Counted from the stretch's first letter, positions 11,723 through 24,628 are shown. The stretch: 64,000 bases of DNA from an uncultured Thermoleophilia bacterium (GCA_963831295.1 CAWHPR010000002.1:162011-226010), one strand, 5' to 3'. Program-made: numbers and translations. Notes: generated by a model not told the origin, from the sequence alone.

Positions 11723-13013
11723 GACCGCGTCCTCCCCGCCTCGCCGCCGACGACGACGCTGCCGACCAGGTTCACTCCGTAGTGGTACGGCAGCTCCGCC
11801 CGCGTCGTCGCGTCGAGCACGACGAGGTCGCAGGCGGCGCCCTCGGCCAGCACCCCGACCTCCCCCCCGCGCCGCAGGGCCGCCGCCCCGCCGGCGGTCG
11901 CCGCCCACAGGGCCTCGTCCGGCGTGAGCCTCATCTCCTGGCAGGCGAGCGAGATCGCCATCTGCATGTTCTCGCAGTAGCTCGACCCCGGATTGAAGTC
12001 GCTCGCCAGAGCGACGACGACGCCGGCCTCGAGAAGAGCGCGCGCCGGCGCGTAGGCCGCGTGCAGCGTGTAGCTCGTCCCCGGCAGGAGCACGGCGACC
12101 GTCCCCGCCTCGCGCAGCGCGGCGATGTCGTCGGCGGTCGCGAGGATCAGGTGGTCGGCGGAGGCCGCGCCGAGCTCGGCGGCGAGCGCGGCCGCGCCCG
12201 TGTGCGCGAGCTCCTCGGCGTGCAGGCGCAAGCCGAGACCGCGCGAGCGCGCGGCCTCGAGCACGCGCCGCGCCTGCGCGACGCTGAAGGCGCCCTCGTC
12301 GCAGAACACGTCGCACCACTCCGCCAGCGGCGCGCACACGGGCAACTGCTCCTCGCAGACACTGGTCACGTACTCGTCCGCCCGGCCGTCGAACTCGGCG
12401 GGCACGAAGTGCGCCCCGCAGAACGTGAGCGCGCGTCGCACCGGATGAGGCACCGCGGCGGCGCGGAGCTGCTTCGCCTCGTCGTCCGGCGAGAGGCCGT
12501 AGCCGCTCTTGATCTCGACCGTGGTGGTCCCGTGAAGGAGGAAGCTGTCGAGGCGACGCGCGGTCTCGACGGCGAGCTCAGGCTCGCCGGCCGCGCGCGT
12601 CGCCGCGACCGTGCGCCGGATGCCGCCGCCGCGCTCCAGCAGCTCGAGGTAGCTGACGCCGGCGAGCCGCTCCCCGTACTCGGCGGCGCGCTCGCCGGCG
12701 AACACCGCGTGCGTGTGGCAGTCGACGAAGCCGGGGAGCACGCAGGCGCCCTCGGCGTCGAGCTCGACGGCGTCGGCCGCGAGGCCGACCTCGCGCGCGA
12801 GGTCGGCCTCGCGGCCGACCCACACGATCACTCCCTCCCGCGCCGCGAGCGCGCCGTCGGCCAGCACGCCGAGGCCGTCGCGTGCCGGCCGCGTCATGGT
12901 CACGAGCTCGCCCGCGTTGCGCAGGACGAGGTCGGCGAGCAGGCGACCCTGGTCGTCGATCGGCGAGCCGCCGGCCACGGCCGGCCCGTCCTCACCCCGA
13001 TGCGCGCAGCCGC

Positions 13014-13017
<4 letters not shown>
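11719..13017 (-). CDS. hutI: Imidazolonepropionase
   Basis: [41 protein letters not shown]. Confidence 0.96.
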
Positions 13018-14690
<1,673 letters not shown>

Positions 14691-14802
14691 ATCGGGCGCG
14701 CCACATGCGGCGCGGATACCGGCAAGGATACCGCTCGCACGACGCCGAGGTCATCGTGCCGCCGGAGACCCTGCGCCAATGGAGACGCCCGAGAAGCGAA
14801 AG

Positions 14803-14840
14803 AGCGGGCGGGGGCTGCCCTTCGGCAGCCCCCGCCCGCT
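14803..14840 (-). terminator. Intrinsic terminator downstream of the satP-like gene
   Basis: 17-bp stem AGCGGGCGGGGGCTGCC / GGCAGCCCCCGCCCGCT, followed by CTTTCGCTTCT on the minus strand. Confidence 0.7.
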
Positions 14841-14884
14841 TCTCGCCGACGACGCCGGCGGCGCCGTCGCGATGCGTCGGACTC

Positions 14885-15553
14885 CTACTTCTTCGCGATG
14901 CCCAGCGGCAGCACGACGCGGCCGTACAGCTCGTTCCAGACCTGGGCGATCGAGGCGTACACGGCGGAGAGACCTACGAAGATGCCCTCGAAGCCGGCGA
15001 CCTTGGTCCAGGTCACGCCGTCCATGCCGAGGAAGGTGGTGTCGCCGACCCACTTGCCGACGGCGAGCAGCACGAACAGGATCGTCAGGCTCAGGAAGAC
15101 CGTCTGCAGGGCACGGTTGATGCGCAGCGTGCCGATGAACATGAGACCGGTGAAGCAGCCCCACACGAACAGGTACCAGCCGGCCGCCGTCGCATCGGTC
15201 GTGAACTCCTCGGGCCAGATCGTCTCGACCACCCACAGCGCCACGAGGGTCATCCAGAAGAGGCCGTACGAGAGGAAGGCGGTCATCCCGAAGGTGCTGT
15301 TCTTCTTCCACTCCATGATGCCGGCGATCACCTGGGCGATGCCGCCGTAGAAGATGCCCATGCCGATGATCATGCTGTTCAGGCCGAAGGCGCCGGCGTT
15401 GTGGAGGTTGAGCAGGATCGTGGTCATGCCGAACGCCATGAGGCCCAGCGGCCCGGGGTTGGCAGTCGCGTCGCGCAGGGTCGCGATCACGGTGCGGTGC
15501 TCGCCCATCGGCCCCACTGTGTCCGGGGCGTTCTTCTCAGCAGCTTGACTCAT
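14885..15553 (-). CDS. satP: GPR1/FUN34/YaaH (SatP/AceTr) family acetate channel
   Basis: ANPGPLGLMAFGMTT signature, YGGIAQVIAG, SYGLFW; six hydrophobic segments. Confidence 0.9.
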   Translation of the reverse strand: MSQAAEKNAPDTVGPMGEHRTVIATLRDATANPGPLGLMAFGMTTILLNLHNAGAFGLNSMIIGMGIFYGGIAQVIAGIMEWKKNSTFGMTAFLSYGLFWMTLVALWVVETIWPEEFTTDATAAGWYLFVWGCFTGLMFIGTLRINRALQTVFLSLTILFVLLAVGKWVGDTTFLGMDGVTWTKVAGFEGIFVGLSAVYASIAQVWNELYGRVVLPLGIAKK

Positions 15554-15731
15554 CTCCAGATGCCTCCTCGGCGACATGACATGCGTCTCCGCACGAGGAG
15601 GGGCGGAGCCGTGCCGGCCGACGACGGCGAAGGTCGCGGCCGAGACGGCGCGCCCCTCCTTCGAATGCGCGCACAAACCTGCGAAATGTAATCACATGAG
15701 TGGGTCGCGACGCTACCGGCGGCGCCAACGT

Positions 15732-17318
15732 CTACCGCGAGCCCATCTCCGTCACGCGGGACTCGCCGGCGCGGCGCGCGCGGCGGCGCCCGTCAGCGCC
15801 CTCGAGCTCGCGCGCCACCGCGGCGAATTCGCCGGCCGCGACCGCCCGGGTCGCGGCCTCGATCTCCGGCGCCAGGTAGCGGTCGCGCTCGAGCGTCGGC
15901 GCCAGACGGCGCACGATGGCGTGGCCGCGCGCCGTGCCGATACCGGGCTCGAGCGGCGCCAGCAGGTCGATCGCCTGCGCCGCGCAGAGCGCCTCGATGC
16001 CGAGGACCGTCTGCGCGTTGCGCAGGACCTGCTCGAGCTTGAGCGCGGCGGTCATGCCCATGCTGACGTGGTCCTCCTGGTCGCCCGACGTCGGGATCGA
16101 GTCGACGCTCGCCGGGTGACACAGGATCTTGTTCTCGGCGACCAGCGCCGCCGCCGTGTACTGGACGATCATGTAGCCGTTGTTGAGGCCGCTGTCGCTG
16201 GTGAGGAAGGGCGGCAGCTCGCTGAGCGAACTGGTCAGCAGGCGGAAGGTACGGCGCTCGCTGATGCTGGCGATCTCGCTCGCGCTCATCGCCGCCAGGT
16301 CGAGGGCCAGGGCGAGCGGCTCGCCGTGGAAGTTGCCGGCGGAGATGATGTCGCCGGAGTCGACGAAGACGATCGGGTTGTCGGTCACCGCCTCGATCTC
16401 GATCGCGACGACCTCGCGCAACCAGCGGAAGGCGTCGCGGCAGGCGCCGTGCACCTGAGGGATGCAGCGCACCGAGTAGGCGTCCTGCACCTTGTCGCAG
16501 TTCAGGTGGCTGAGCATGATGCCGCTGCCCTCGGTGGCGCGCCGCACGTGGGCCGCCGTGAGGAGCTGCCCCGGGATGGGACGCAGCAGCTGGATACGTT
16601 CCTGGAACGGGCCGACCGAGGCGCGCAGCCCCTCGATGGTCATCGCGCCGATCACGTCGGCCGAGTCGAGGAGCGCCTCGCCGTCGGCGACCGCGAGACA
16701 GCCCACGGCGGCCATGAACTGCGTGCCGTTGAGGAGGGAGACGCCCTCCTTGGCGGCCAGCGTGAGCGGTTCGAGGCCGGCCGCGCGCAGCGCCGGCAGG
16801 GCCGGCGCGCGGCCGCCCTGCTCGTCGAGCAGCTCCCCCTCCCCCATCATCGCGCGCACCACGTGTGCCGAAGGCGCAAGGTCGCCCGAGGCGCCCAGCG
16901 AGCCCTTCGACGGCACGTACGGCACGAGGTCGGCGTCGATCATGCCGGCCAGCAGGTCGCCGACCTCGCGACGCACGCCCGAGTACCCCTTGGCGAGCGT
17001 GTTCAGGCGGATCGTCATCGCCGCGCGCACGACGTCGCGCGGCAGCGGGTCACCCACACCGACGGCGTGGCTGCGCACCAGGTTCTCCTGCAGCTCCTGC
17101 GCCTTGTCGGCGGGGATGTGCGTCGTCGCCAGCTGCCCGAAGCCGGTCGTCACGCCGTAGACGACGCGCTCCTCGGCCACGAGCCGGTCGATCAGGGCGC
17201 GCGCCGCCTCGATGCGTCGGCGCGCGCCCTCACCCAGCCGCACCGGCGCGCCGCCACGCGCGACCGCCGCGACCTGCTCGATGGTCAGGGGTCCGTCGCC
17301 GATCGTGATCGCGTCCAC
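15732..17318 (-). CDS. hutH: Histidine ammonia-lyase
   Basis: VYGVTTGFG, GSLGASGDLAP (ASG/MIO), QDAYSVRCIPQVHG, QEDHVSMG. Confidence 0.97.
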   Translation of the reverse strand: MDAITIGDGPLTIEQVAAVARGGAPVRLGEGARRRIEAARALIDRLVAEERVVYGVTTGFGQLATTHIPADKAQELQENLVRSHAVGVGDPLPRDVVRAAMTIRLNTLAKGYSGVRREVGDLLAGMIDADLVPYVPSKGSLGASGDLAPSAHVVRAMMGEGELLDEQGGRAPALPALRAAGLEPLTLAAKEGVSLLNGTQFMAAVGCLAVADGEALLDSADVIGAMTIEGLRASVGPFQERIQLLRPIPGQLLTAAHVRRATEGSGIMLSHLNCDKVQDAYSVRCIPQVHGACRDAFRWLREVVAIEIEAVTDNPIVFVDSGDIISAGNFHGEPLALALDLAAMSASEIASISERRTFRLLTSSLSELPPFLTSDSGLNNGYMIVQYTAAALVAENKILCHPASVDSIPTSGDQEDHVSMGMTAALKLEQVLRNAQTVLGIEALCAAQAIDLLAPLEPGIGTARGHAIVRRLAPTLERDRYLAPEIEAATRAVAAGEFAAVARELEGADGRRRARRAGESRVTEMGSR

Positions 17319-17374
17319 GCTCGCTCCTTGCTCGCCGCAGGCAGTCTAGGCCCGCGACGGCCGCAGGCGCAACG

Positions 17375-17406
17375 CGGGCGGGCGCCGCTGTCGCGGCGCC
17401 CGCCCG
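17375..17406 (-). terminator. GC hairpin after secreted paralog 1
   Basis: CGGGCGGGCGCCGC-TGTC-GCGGCGCCCGCCCG; same core as the hairpin at 18898-18927. Confidence 0.6.
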
Positions 17407-17447
17407 TCCCACCCCGCGAGGCCTGGGCCTCGCTCACGCCTTCGCGC

Positions 17448-18698
17448 TCAGAGCGCCTTCAGGACCTTCGTGATCGAGTACTCGGTCGAGAGACCGGTGG
17501 CATCGTCGCCGACGGCCTTCGCACGGAGCCACCATTTGACGCCTGGGCTCACCGTGACCGACCAGCCGCCGAGGTCGTTGGTGTACACGGTCTTCACGGT
17601 CGCCCAGTCCCTGGTGGCCGTCTTGCGCTGGATCCTGATGGGGATGCCGCCGGCGACCCGCTCCCCGTTGAGCGAGAACGTGCCGTAGACCTTGTAGGAG
17701 GTGCTGTACTTCACGACCCTCCGGAGCCACAGGTTCTCCGGGTACGTGAGGATCGCCTGGTAGCCCATCGTCGTTCGGCCGGTCTTCGGCAGGCCGTCGG
17801 GGCCGACGCTCGGGTCGACATAGGCCATGTAGAGGTTCGGCACGTAGTACACGGTCTTCAGCGGCCACGTGACTGTGTCCAACCACAAGGAGGTGTCGAA
17901 CGTGTCGTAGAGGCCGTACCAGTCGTCGTCCGGATCGAGGGCATCCTCTTCGTGGAGATCCGGCGCCCACGTGCCGTCGTCGACGACATACTGCGTGCCC
18001 GTCGCGCGGCTGTAGACGTACTGCCGGAACCAGGCCGGCATCAGTCCCTGAGCGAGATCGGGCTCGACGACGAGGTCCGCGAGGTCGGCGGGCCACTCGA
18101 GCCGCGCGCTGAACGTGCCCTTCGACGTGGGCGTGACCGAGTACGGTGTCCCGATCCGGGGCCCGGTGATGCTCGCCCAGCTGCCGTCCGCGGGGTAGTT
18201 GTAGACCTCGAGGTAGTAGTTGCGCGCGGCCGCCGGATCGTCGCTCCAGTCGGCGTCGAGGAGTTGCGGGTAGTAGCCCCAGAGAAAGTAGTCGGAGGCA
18301 CCGTTGAAGGCCACGACGACGACGTAGTAGGTGTCGCCCGTCGAGGTCGGCTCGGTCGCGATGTCGCTGACCTGATAGTCGACGCTCTCCCAGCCGAGCC
18401 AGTACCCCGAGTCGCCCGTCTCGGTGATCACATCGCCGTCCTGGTCGAGGAGATACACGTCGAGGTCGGCGGCGTAGTTCTTGAAGTACAGCTCCATGTG
18501 GATGGTGCCGTGGTGGTTCACGCCCGTGGGGAGCTTACGGATCGTCACCTGGGTCTGATCCCAGATCGTGCGCGTCGTCATGCCCGGCGTCGCCTGCTTG
18601 CTGGTGACCGTCGCCGCCGGCGCGGGCGCCGCGACGGCGAGCGCCGCCAGCGCGGCGAGCGACACCGCTGCGATCACGGCTCTTGCTGTCCTCTTCAT
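17448..18698 (-). CDS. Secreted protein of unknown function, paralog 1
   Basis: Signal peptide MKRTARAV...APAPA, a PPC-like DLDVYLLD motif, Tyr/Trp/Asp-rich core and basic beta-rich C-terminal domain. Confidence 0.85.
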   Translation of the reverse strand: MKRTARAVIAAVSLAALAALAVAAPAPAATVTSKQATPGMTTRTIWDQTQVTIRKLPTGVNHHGTIHMELYFKNYAADLDVYLLDQDGDVITETGDSGYWLGWESVDYQVSDIATEPTSTGDTYYVVVVAFNGASDYFLWGYYPQLLDADWSDDPAAARNYYLEVYNYPADGSWASITGPRIGTPYSVTPTSKGTFSARLEWPADLADLVVEPDLAQGLMPAWFRQYVYSRATGTQYVVDDGTWAPDLHEEDALDPDDDWYGLYDTFDTSLWLDTVTWPLKTVYYVPNLYMAYVDPSVGPDGLPKTGRTTMGYQAILTYPENLWLRRVVKYSTSYKVYGTFSLNGERVAGGIPIRIQRKTATRDWATVKTVYTNDLGGWSVTVSPGVKWWLRAKAVGDDATGLSTEYSITKVLKAL

Positions 18699-18895
18699 GC
18701 GCGTGGCCCCTTGTCGGATTGGCACAGAGCTCGACGTTCCGTGAAGGTGATCGTTGCGCCCCTCCTTCCCCCTCGTGACGTCGTACGGCGCGGCGGCGAG
18801 CGCCGCTGGCGGCAATTTCGCCGCCGCGACGACGCGACCTGCCCGCCGCCGCGGGCGCAGCGCCGACGGGCCGCCGCCCGCGAAAGAGCATGAGA

Positions 18896-18929
18896 AAGGG
18901 CGGGCGCCGCTGTCGCGGCGCCCGCCCTT
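18896..18929 (-). terminator. GC hairpin after secreted paralog 2
   Basis: AAGGGCGGGCGCCGC-TGTC-GCGGCGCCCGCCCTT, followed by TCTC on the minus strand. Confidence 0.65.
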
Positions 18930-18970
18930 CGTGCTTGGTCGAGGCCTACGCCTCTCTCACGAGGTCCGGC

Positions 18971-20282
18971 TCAGAGTGCCCTCAGCTTCTTCGTGATCGA
19001 GTACTCGTACTCGAGACCCGTGGTGTCGTCGCCCAAGGCCTTGGCGCGGACCCACCACGTGACGCCGGGGCTCAGCTTGACGCTCCAGGACCCCAGGTCG
19101 TTGGTCGTCTTCACGGTCTTCACGGTCGCCCAGCCGCGGGTCGCCGTCCTGCGCTGGATATGGATCGGCGTCCCGATCGCGACTGCGGCGCCGTCGAGCG
19201 AGTAGCGGCCGTACAGCTTGTAGTAGGTGCTGTACTTCACGGCCCTCTTGAACCACAGGTTCTCCGGGTACGTGAGGATGGCCTTGTAGCCCATCGTCGT
19301 GCGGCCTGTGTCAAGCGCTCCGTCGGGGCCGAGCGTCGCGTCGTGCATAGGCGAGGAAGAGGCTCGGCACGTAGTGCGCGAGACGCTGCGCCCAGAGGTC
19401 GTCGTCCCACGCGAACTCGGCCACGTCGAACGCGTCGTCGAAGCCGTACCACGTGTCGTCGTAGTAGGGCCCGACGACGCCCTCGTGCTCCTCCGGGTAA
19501 TAGTTCTCCTCGGAGCCCCAGTTCGCCAAGACCAGGTCCCAGTAGGTGCCGGCGTAGAGGTACTGCTCGACGTTGAAGGGCATCGGCGCGTCGTCGCGGT
19601 CGTACGTCACGACCTTGTTGACGATGTCGGCCGGCCACTCGAGACGGCAGGTGCCCTCGCCGACCGAGGTCGGCCTGAAGTCGTAGGCGCCGCCGTAGCG
19701 CGGGCCCGTGATGGTGGCCCAGCTCGTCACCCGGCGCGGGAAGCGATACGTCTGCAGGTAGTAGTTCCACGACTCATCGACGTCTTCGCTCGCCTCGAGC
19801 CAGATCTGCGGGTAGTAGCCCCAGATCTGGTAGTTGGCCGCCCCGTTGAAGGCCACGACCACGAGGTAGTAGGTGTCGCCGACCATGTACTCGTCGGAGA
19901 GCAGGTCGTACGGATCGATGGGCTCGATATCCTGGTTGACCACGTCGGTCACCTGGTAGTCGACATACTCCTTGCCGGCGAAGAGGCCCATGCAGCCCAT
20001 CTCTTCGCTGAGGACGTTGCCGTCGGCGTCGAGCAGGTAGATGTCGAGGTCCGACGTTGTCGGCTTGAAGGTGAGCTCCATGTGGATGTAGCCCGTGTGG
20101 TTCACGCCGTACGTCAGCTTGCGGATCGACACCTGGGTCTGATCCCAGATGGTGCGCGCGGTCATGCCGGGCGAGCTCTGCGTCGTGCTCGACGTCAGCG
20201 CCGACGCCGACGACACGGCGGTGAGCACCACGAGCGTGACAAGCGCCACCGCCACGATCGCGAGCCTCATTGCTTTCTGCAT
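18971..20282 (-). CDS. Secreted protein, paralog 2 (one extra base near 19345 splits it into two ORFs)
   Basis: ORF 19311-20282 matches the paralogs up to YVPSLFLAY. ORF 18971-19348 continues DATLGPDG...YPENLW...YSITKKL. Confidence 0.85.
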
Positions 20283-20383
20283 GTCAGACGACCCCCTTCT
20301 TCAACGATGGACATGCAGGATGCGCGTACGCGAGTGAACCCCCACCACCCTCGCGCTCTCACCCAGCCGGGCTGATGCGCCAC

Positions 20384-20412
20384 ACTATACTGACCTGCAA
20401 ACCCAATGTAAA
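20384..20412 (-). promoter_or_regulatory. Sigma70-type promoter of paralog 2
   Basis: TTTACA-17 nt-TATAGT on the minus strand, in an AT-rich patch. Confidence 0.7.
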
Positions 20413-20510
20413 CGAGTCCGCGGCGCGGGGGCCGAAACACTGTGCGCCGCGCGCGGCGCGAGGAGCCGGGCGAAGGGGTCGGGGGGCCGGGCGAAGGGGT
20501 CGTGCGCCGG

Positions 20511-21779
20511 TCAGTCGATGCGCTTCAACACCGTCGTGACCGAGTACTCCTCAGCGAGGCCGGTCGCGGCGTCGCCGGCCGCTGTCGCGCGGACCCGCCA
20601 TGTGCCGTTCGGGGACAGCCTCACGAACCACCAGCCGCGCTCGTCGGTCACGACCGTGGCCACCGTCTCCCAGTCGCGCCTGCGGGTCTTGCGCTCGATC
20701 GCGATCGCGGCGCCGGGCACCCTCTGCCCTTCGAGGGACAGCGTGCCGGCGAGGGCGTACGACGATGGCTTCCGCACCACCCGGTCGAGACGCAGGTTCT
20801 CGGGGTAGACAAGGGTCGCCCTGAAGCCCAGCGTCGTCAGCCCGACCCTAGGCGCTCCGGCGGGCCCCAGCAGGGGGTCATCGTAGGCAAGGTAGAGGCT
20901 CGGCACGTAGTGCAGCAGCCTCATTGGTCGCGCGGCGCCGCCCTCGGACACGGTGAACGTGTCGCTGAGCCCGTAGCGGCCGTCCGCCTGCGAAGCCGGC
21001 CGGTAGTTCGCGGCCTCTCCGTAGTCGCGCACCAGCTCGTCCCACTTGGGGCCGGCGTAGAGGTACTGCTCGACGTTCGCGGGCATCGGCGCGGCATCCG
21101 GGTCGTAAACGACCTGCCAGGCCTCGTCGATCACCTCGGCGGACCACTCGAGCCGGCACTCGCCGGCGCCGACGGAGGTCGGCCTGAAGTCGTAGGGATA
21201 GCCGTAGACAGGACCCTTGATCGTGTCCCATTCGGTCGCGGACTCGGGGAAGCGGAACTCCTTCAGCGTGTAGTTCCAGTCGTATGCGGGCGAGGAGCCG
21301 ACCGCGACGTCGATCTGCGGGCAGTAGCCCCAGACCTGGTACTCGGCCACCTCGTTGAACGCCACGACCACGAGGTAGTACCTGTCGCCGACCATGTACT
21401 CCTCGCCCTGGTCGTCGAGCGCGAGACTCGTGTCGCGGACCTCGGTCACCGGACAGTCGATGACCTCCTTGCCGGGGGCGGGCGCCATGACGCCCATCTC
21501 CTGCCTGAGGGCATTGCCCTGGGCGTCGAGGAGATAGAGGTCGAGGTCGGCCCACGCCGGGCTGAAGGTGAGCTCGACGTGGATCGAGCCCAGATGGTTG
21601 ACGCCGTACGGAAGCTCGATGACGCGCACCTGGGTCGTGTCCCAGATCACGCGCGTCGTGATGCCGTGCGAGGCCTGCCGGGTGCTCACGGTCGCCGCCG
21701 GAGCGGGCGCCGACACGACGAGAGTCGTCAGCGTGAGGATCACGCTCGTGACGAGCCACCGTCTCGCTGCCTTGCGCAT
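20511..21779 (-). CDS. Secreted protein, paralog 3
   Basis: Signal peptide MRKAARRW...APAPA; shares TTRVIWD, GVNH, DLDLYLLD, YPENL and EYS with paralogs 1 and 2. Confidence 0.85.
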   Translation of the reverse strand: MRKAARRWLVTSVILTLTTLVVSAPAPAATVSTRQASHGITTRVIWDTTQVRVIELPYGVNHLGSIHVELTFSPAWADLDLYLLDAQGNALRQEMGVMAPAPGKEVIDCPVTEVRDTSLALDDQGEEYMVGDRYYLVVVAFNEVAEYQVWGYCPQIDVAVGSSPAYDWNYTLKEFRFPESATEWDTIKGPVYGYPYDFRPTSVGAGECRLEWSAEVIDEAWQVVYDPDAAPMPANVEQYLYAGPKWDELVRDYGEAANYRPASQADGRYGLSDTFTVSEGGAARPMRLLHYVPSLYLAYDDPLLGPAGAPRVGLTTLGFRATLVYPENLRLDRVVRKPSSYALAGTLSLEGQRVPGAAIAIERKTRRRDWETVATVVTDERGWWFVRLSPNGTWRVRATAAGDAATGLAEEYSVTTVLKRID

Positions 21780-21945
21780 CGCGATACCCCTCACGACCCC
21801 GGAACGAGTAGACTCGCTCGGGGTCGCCCCCCCTTTGTTCGACCGCGCACGCGGAGTGCGCCGGCGCCGGCGCATCAGTGCCGGAGCGACTACTATACAC
21901 CGCAGACGCCACGGCGTTAAGAGGAGGAGCGAGACGCGACCGACG

Positions 21946-23610
21946 GTGTCCCCATCGATCGTCTGACGGAGCCGGAAGGCCGCGCCGGGCGGCCCGGACC
22001 GCCGGAGGCCGGCGGGCCGGCGGGCCGCCGCCGACGCCTGCTGTGGGCCGGCCTCGTCGTCGTCCTCCTCCTCTCCGCCGCGCTGCGCCTCTACAACCTC
22101 GACTCGCCCCCCGAGCACATGTTCGACGAGGTCTACTACGCCAAGGACGCCCGGGCGCTCATCGACGGCCGCATGGAGGGCAAGCCGGGGTACGCATGGG
22201 AGCCCGGCGACGTGGTCTCGTGGCCGCACCCCGACGCCGGCAAGATGGCGATCGCGCTGGGGATCCTCGTGGCCGGCGACGACCCGGTCGGCTGGCGCCT
22301 CCCGTCGGTCGTCGCCGGCCTCGTCCTGCTCGGCAGCGTCTACCCTCTCGCGCGCCGCCTCGGACTGAGCGCGGGCTGGGCGTTCGTGGCCCTCATGCTC
22401 GCCGGCGCCGACCTGCTCGGCATCGCCCAGTCGCGGATCGCCACGCTCGACGTCTTCGTGGCCGCGTGGACCGCGCTCGGCGTGCTCTTCGCGTTGCGCT
22501 ACGTGCAGGAGGGCCGCCACACTCGCTGGCTCGCGCTCAGCGGCCTCGCCGGCGGCCTCGCCGTGGCGACCAAGTGGTCGGGCGCGCTCGCCCTCGTCGC
22601 CGCCGTCGCGATCGTCGTGCTCGCGCCGCAGCTGCGTGAGCTCCGCCCCGGAGGCCGGACGCGCGGCCGGGAGGCCGGCGAAGAGGGCGAGGCGCGCGAG
22701 GGCGCCGGCCGGCCGGCCGGCGCCCTCGCCGCGCCTCGCCGCCACGCTCGGCCTGCTCGCGCTGTGTCTCGCCGTGCTGCCGGGCGCGGTCTACCTTGCG
22801 AGCTACGTGCCGTACTTCGCCAACGGCCACTCGGTCGCCGAGTTCCGCGAGCTGCACAGCCAGATGCTGCACTTCAACTTCACGCTGTCGGCGCCGCACT
22901 CGTACGCCTCGACGGCGCCCACCTGGATCCTCGACTACCGCCCGGTGTGGTACTCCTTCCGCGAGATCCAGGGCCAGTTCCACGGGGTGGTCGCCATCGG
23001 CAACCCGCTGCTGTGGTGGGGGAGCATCCTCGCGCTGGTCGCGGCGCCGGTGCTGGCGCTGCGGCAGCGCAGCTCGACGCCGGCGCTGACCGCGCTGCTG
23101 ATCGTGATCCTCTACCTGCCGTGGTTCGCGACCACGCGCACGTCGTTCCTCTACTACATGGCGCCGGTGGCGCCGTTCCTCGCGATCCTGGTGGCCGCCG
23201 TGGCCGCCGACCTCGTCGACGGCGGCCGGAGGCGCGCCGGCGCCGAACTCGGCGCCGAGCCGCCCGCGGCGCGGCGCACGCTGCCGTGGAGGATCGCCGC
23301 GGTCGCGACGGCCGCGGTGGCGACGGCTCTCTTCTGGTACCCGTTCGCCCGGGCCGCGGAAGTCCTCTTCTGGGAGCTGCCCGGTCGCGTCTCGGGCGGC
23401 CTTGCCTGGACGGTCGCGATCGCGGGGGTCGCGGCGGTGTCCGTGGTCGCGCTCCTCGCGCTCGCCTCACGACGGCTGCGGCCGTGGGTCGTCCTCGTGC
23501 TGCTGGGCGCGATGCTGGGGATCGCCGTGCCCTTCCTCCCCATCGTGCTCGACGTGGGCATCCCGCGGGAGGAGTTCTACCGGCTCATGTGGTTCCGCAG
23601 CTGGATCTGA
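21946..23610 (+). CDS. Dolichyl/polyprenyl-phosphate-mannose--protein O-mannosyltransferase (GT39-like), with apparent frameshifts near 21950 and 22645
   Basis: FDEVYYAKDA, HPDAGK, GWRLPS, SRIATLD and ATKWSG in one frame. HSYAS..W...RPVWY, GNPLLWW and FLYYMAP in another frame. GAGGAGG lies at 21921-21927. Confidence 0.85.
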
Positions 23611-23620
23611 GGCCGGCGGC

Positions 23621-24583
23621 TCAGCGGATCACGGCCGCCATGATCGCCTTCTGCGCGTGCAGGCGGTTCTCGGCCTGGTCGAACACGACCGAGTGCGGCG
23701 AGTACAGCACCTCTTCGGTGATCTCCTCACCCCAGTGGGCCGGCAGGCAGTGCATGACCTTGACCTGCGGACCGGCGCGCCGCACGAGGTCCATGTTCAC
23801 CTGGTAGGCCTCGAGGGCGGCCAGCCGCGCGTCGTGCTCGGCCTCCTGCCCCATGCTCGTGAAGGTGTCGGTGTAGATCACGTCGGCGCCCTCGACGGCG
23901 GCCTGCAGGTCGCTGGTCAGCTCGATGGTGGCGCCGGTCGCCTGCGCATCGGCGCGTGCGCGCTCGACGATCGCCGCGTCTGGCCGGAAGCCGTCGGGCG
24001 TGCAGATGACGACGTGCATGCCGGTCTTGGCGCCGACCTCGGCGAGCGAGTGCGCGACGTTGTTGCCGTCGCCCGAGAAGACCAGCTTCTTGCCGGCGAG
24101 GTCGCCGCAGTGCTCGCGCACGGTCATCGCGTCCGCCATCCCCTGACACGGGTGGTGAGCGTCGGTCAGGCCGTTGATCACCGGGATCTGGCCGTAGGCG
24201 GCGAGGTCCTCGACGTCTTCGTGGGCGAAGGTGCGGATCATGATGCAGTCGACGTAGCGGCTCATCACGTTGGCGGTGTCCCTGATGGTCTCGCCTACGC
24301 GCAGCTGGATGTCGTTGGCGTTGAGGAACATCGGCTGCGCGCCGAGCTGCTCGATGCCGACCTCGAAGCTCATGCGTGTGCGGGTCGAGGTCTTCATGAA
24401 GATCATCGCCACGGCGCGCCCCTCGAGCACGCGATGCGGCGCGCGGCGCTTCTGGGCGTCCTTGAGCGCGCCGGCGAGGTCGAGGAGCGAGAGCACCTCG
24501 GCCGGGCTGTAGTCGTGGATGGTCAGAAAGCTGCGACCCGTGAGGTCGAGCTCGGAGAGGCGGCGCTTGACGATCTCGGGCAT
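23621..24583 (-). CDS. argF: Ornithine carbamoyltransferase
   Basis: STRTR, HPCQ, SMG, MHCLP, QAENRLH. Confidence 0.96.
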   Translation of the reverse strand: MPEIVKRRLSELDLTGRSFLTIHDYSPAEVLSLLDLAGALKDAQKRRAPHRVLEGRAVAMIFMKTSTRTRMSFEVGIEQLGAQPMFLNANDIQLRVGETIRDTANVMSRYVDCIMIRTFAHEDVEDLAAYGQIPVINGLTDAHHPCQGMADAMTVREHCGDLAGKKLVFSGDGNNVAHSLAEVGAKTGMHVVICTPDGFRPDAAIVERARADAQATGATIELTSDLQAAVEGADVIYTDTFTSMGQEAEHDARLAALEAYQVNMDLVRRAGPQVKVMHCLPAHWGEEITEEVLYSPHSVVFDQAENRLHAQKAIMAAVIR

Positions 24584-24628
24584 GTGATCCCTCTTTCGGA
24601 CGGTCGACGGGTGCAGTCTATCGAAAAC

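Noticed and set aside
20462-20502. Two ~20-bp direct repeats containing GCCGGGCGAAGGGGTCG
   Set aside because: Only two copies in an intergenic region; most likely a local duplication.
20511-22745. 744-aa extended version of secreted paralog 3
   Set aside because: The extension is antisense to the PMT gene. The signal peptide and paralog alignment place the start at 21779.
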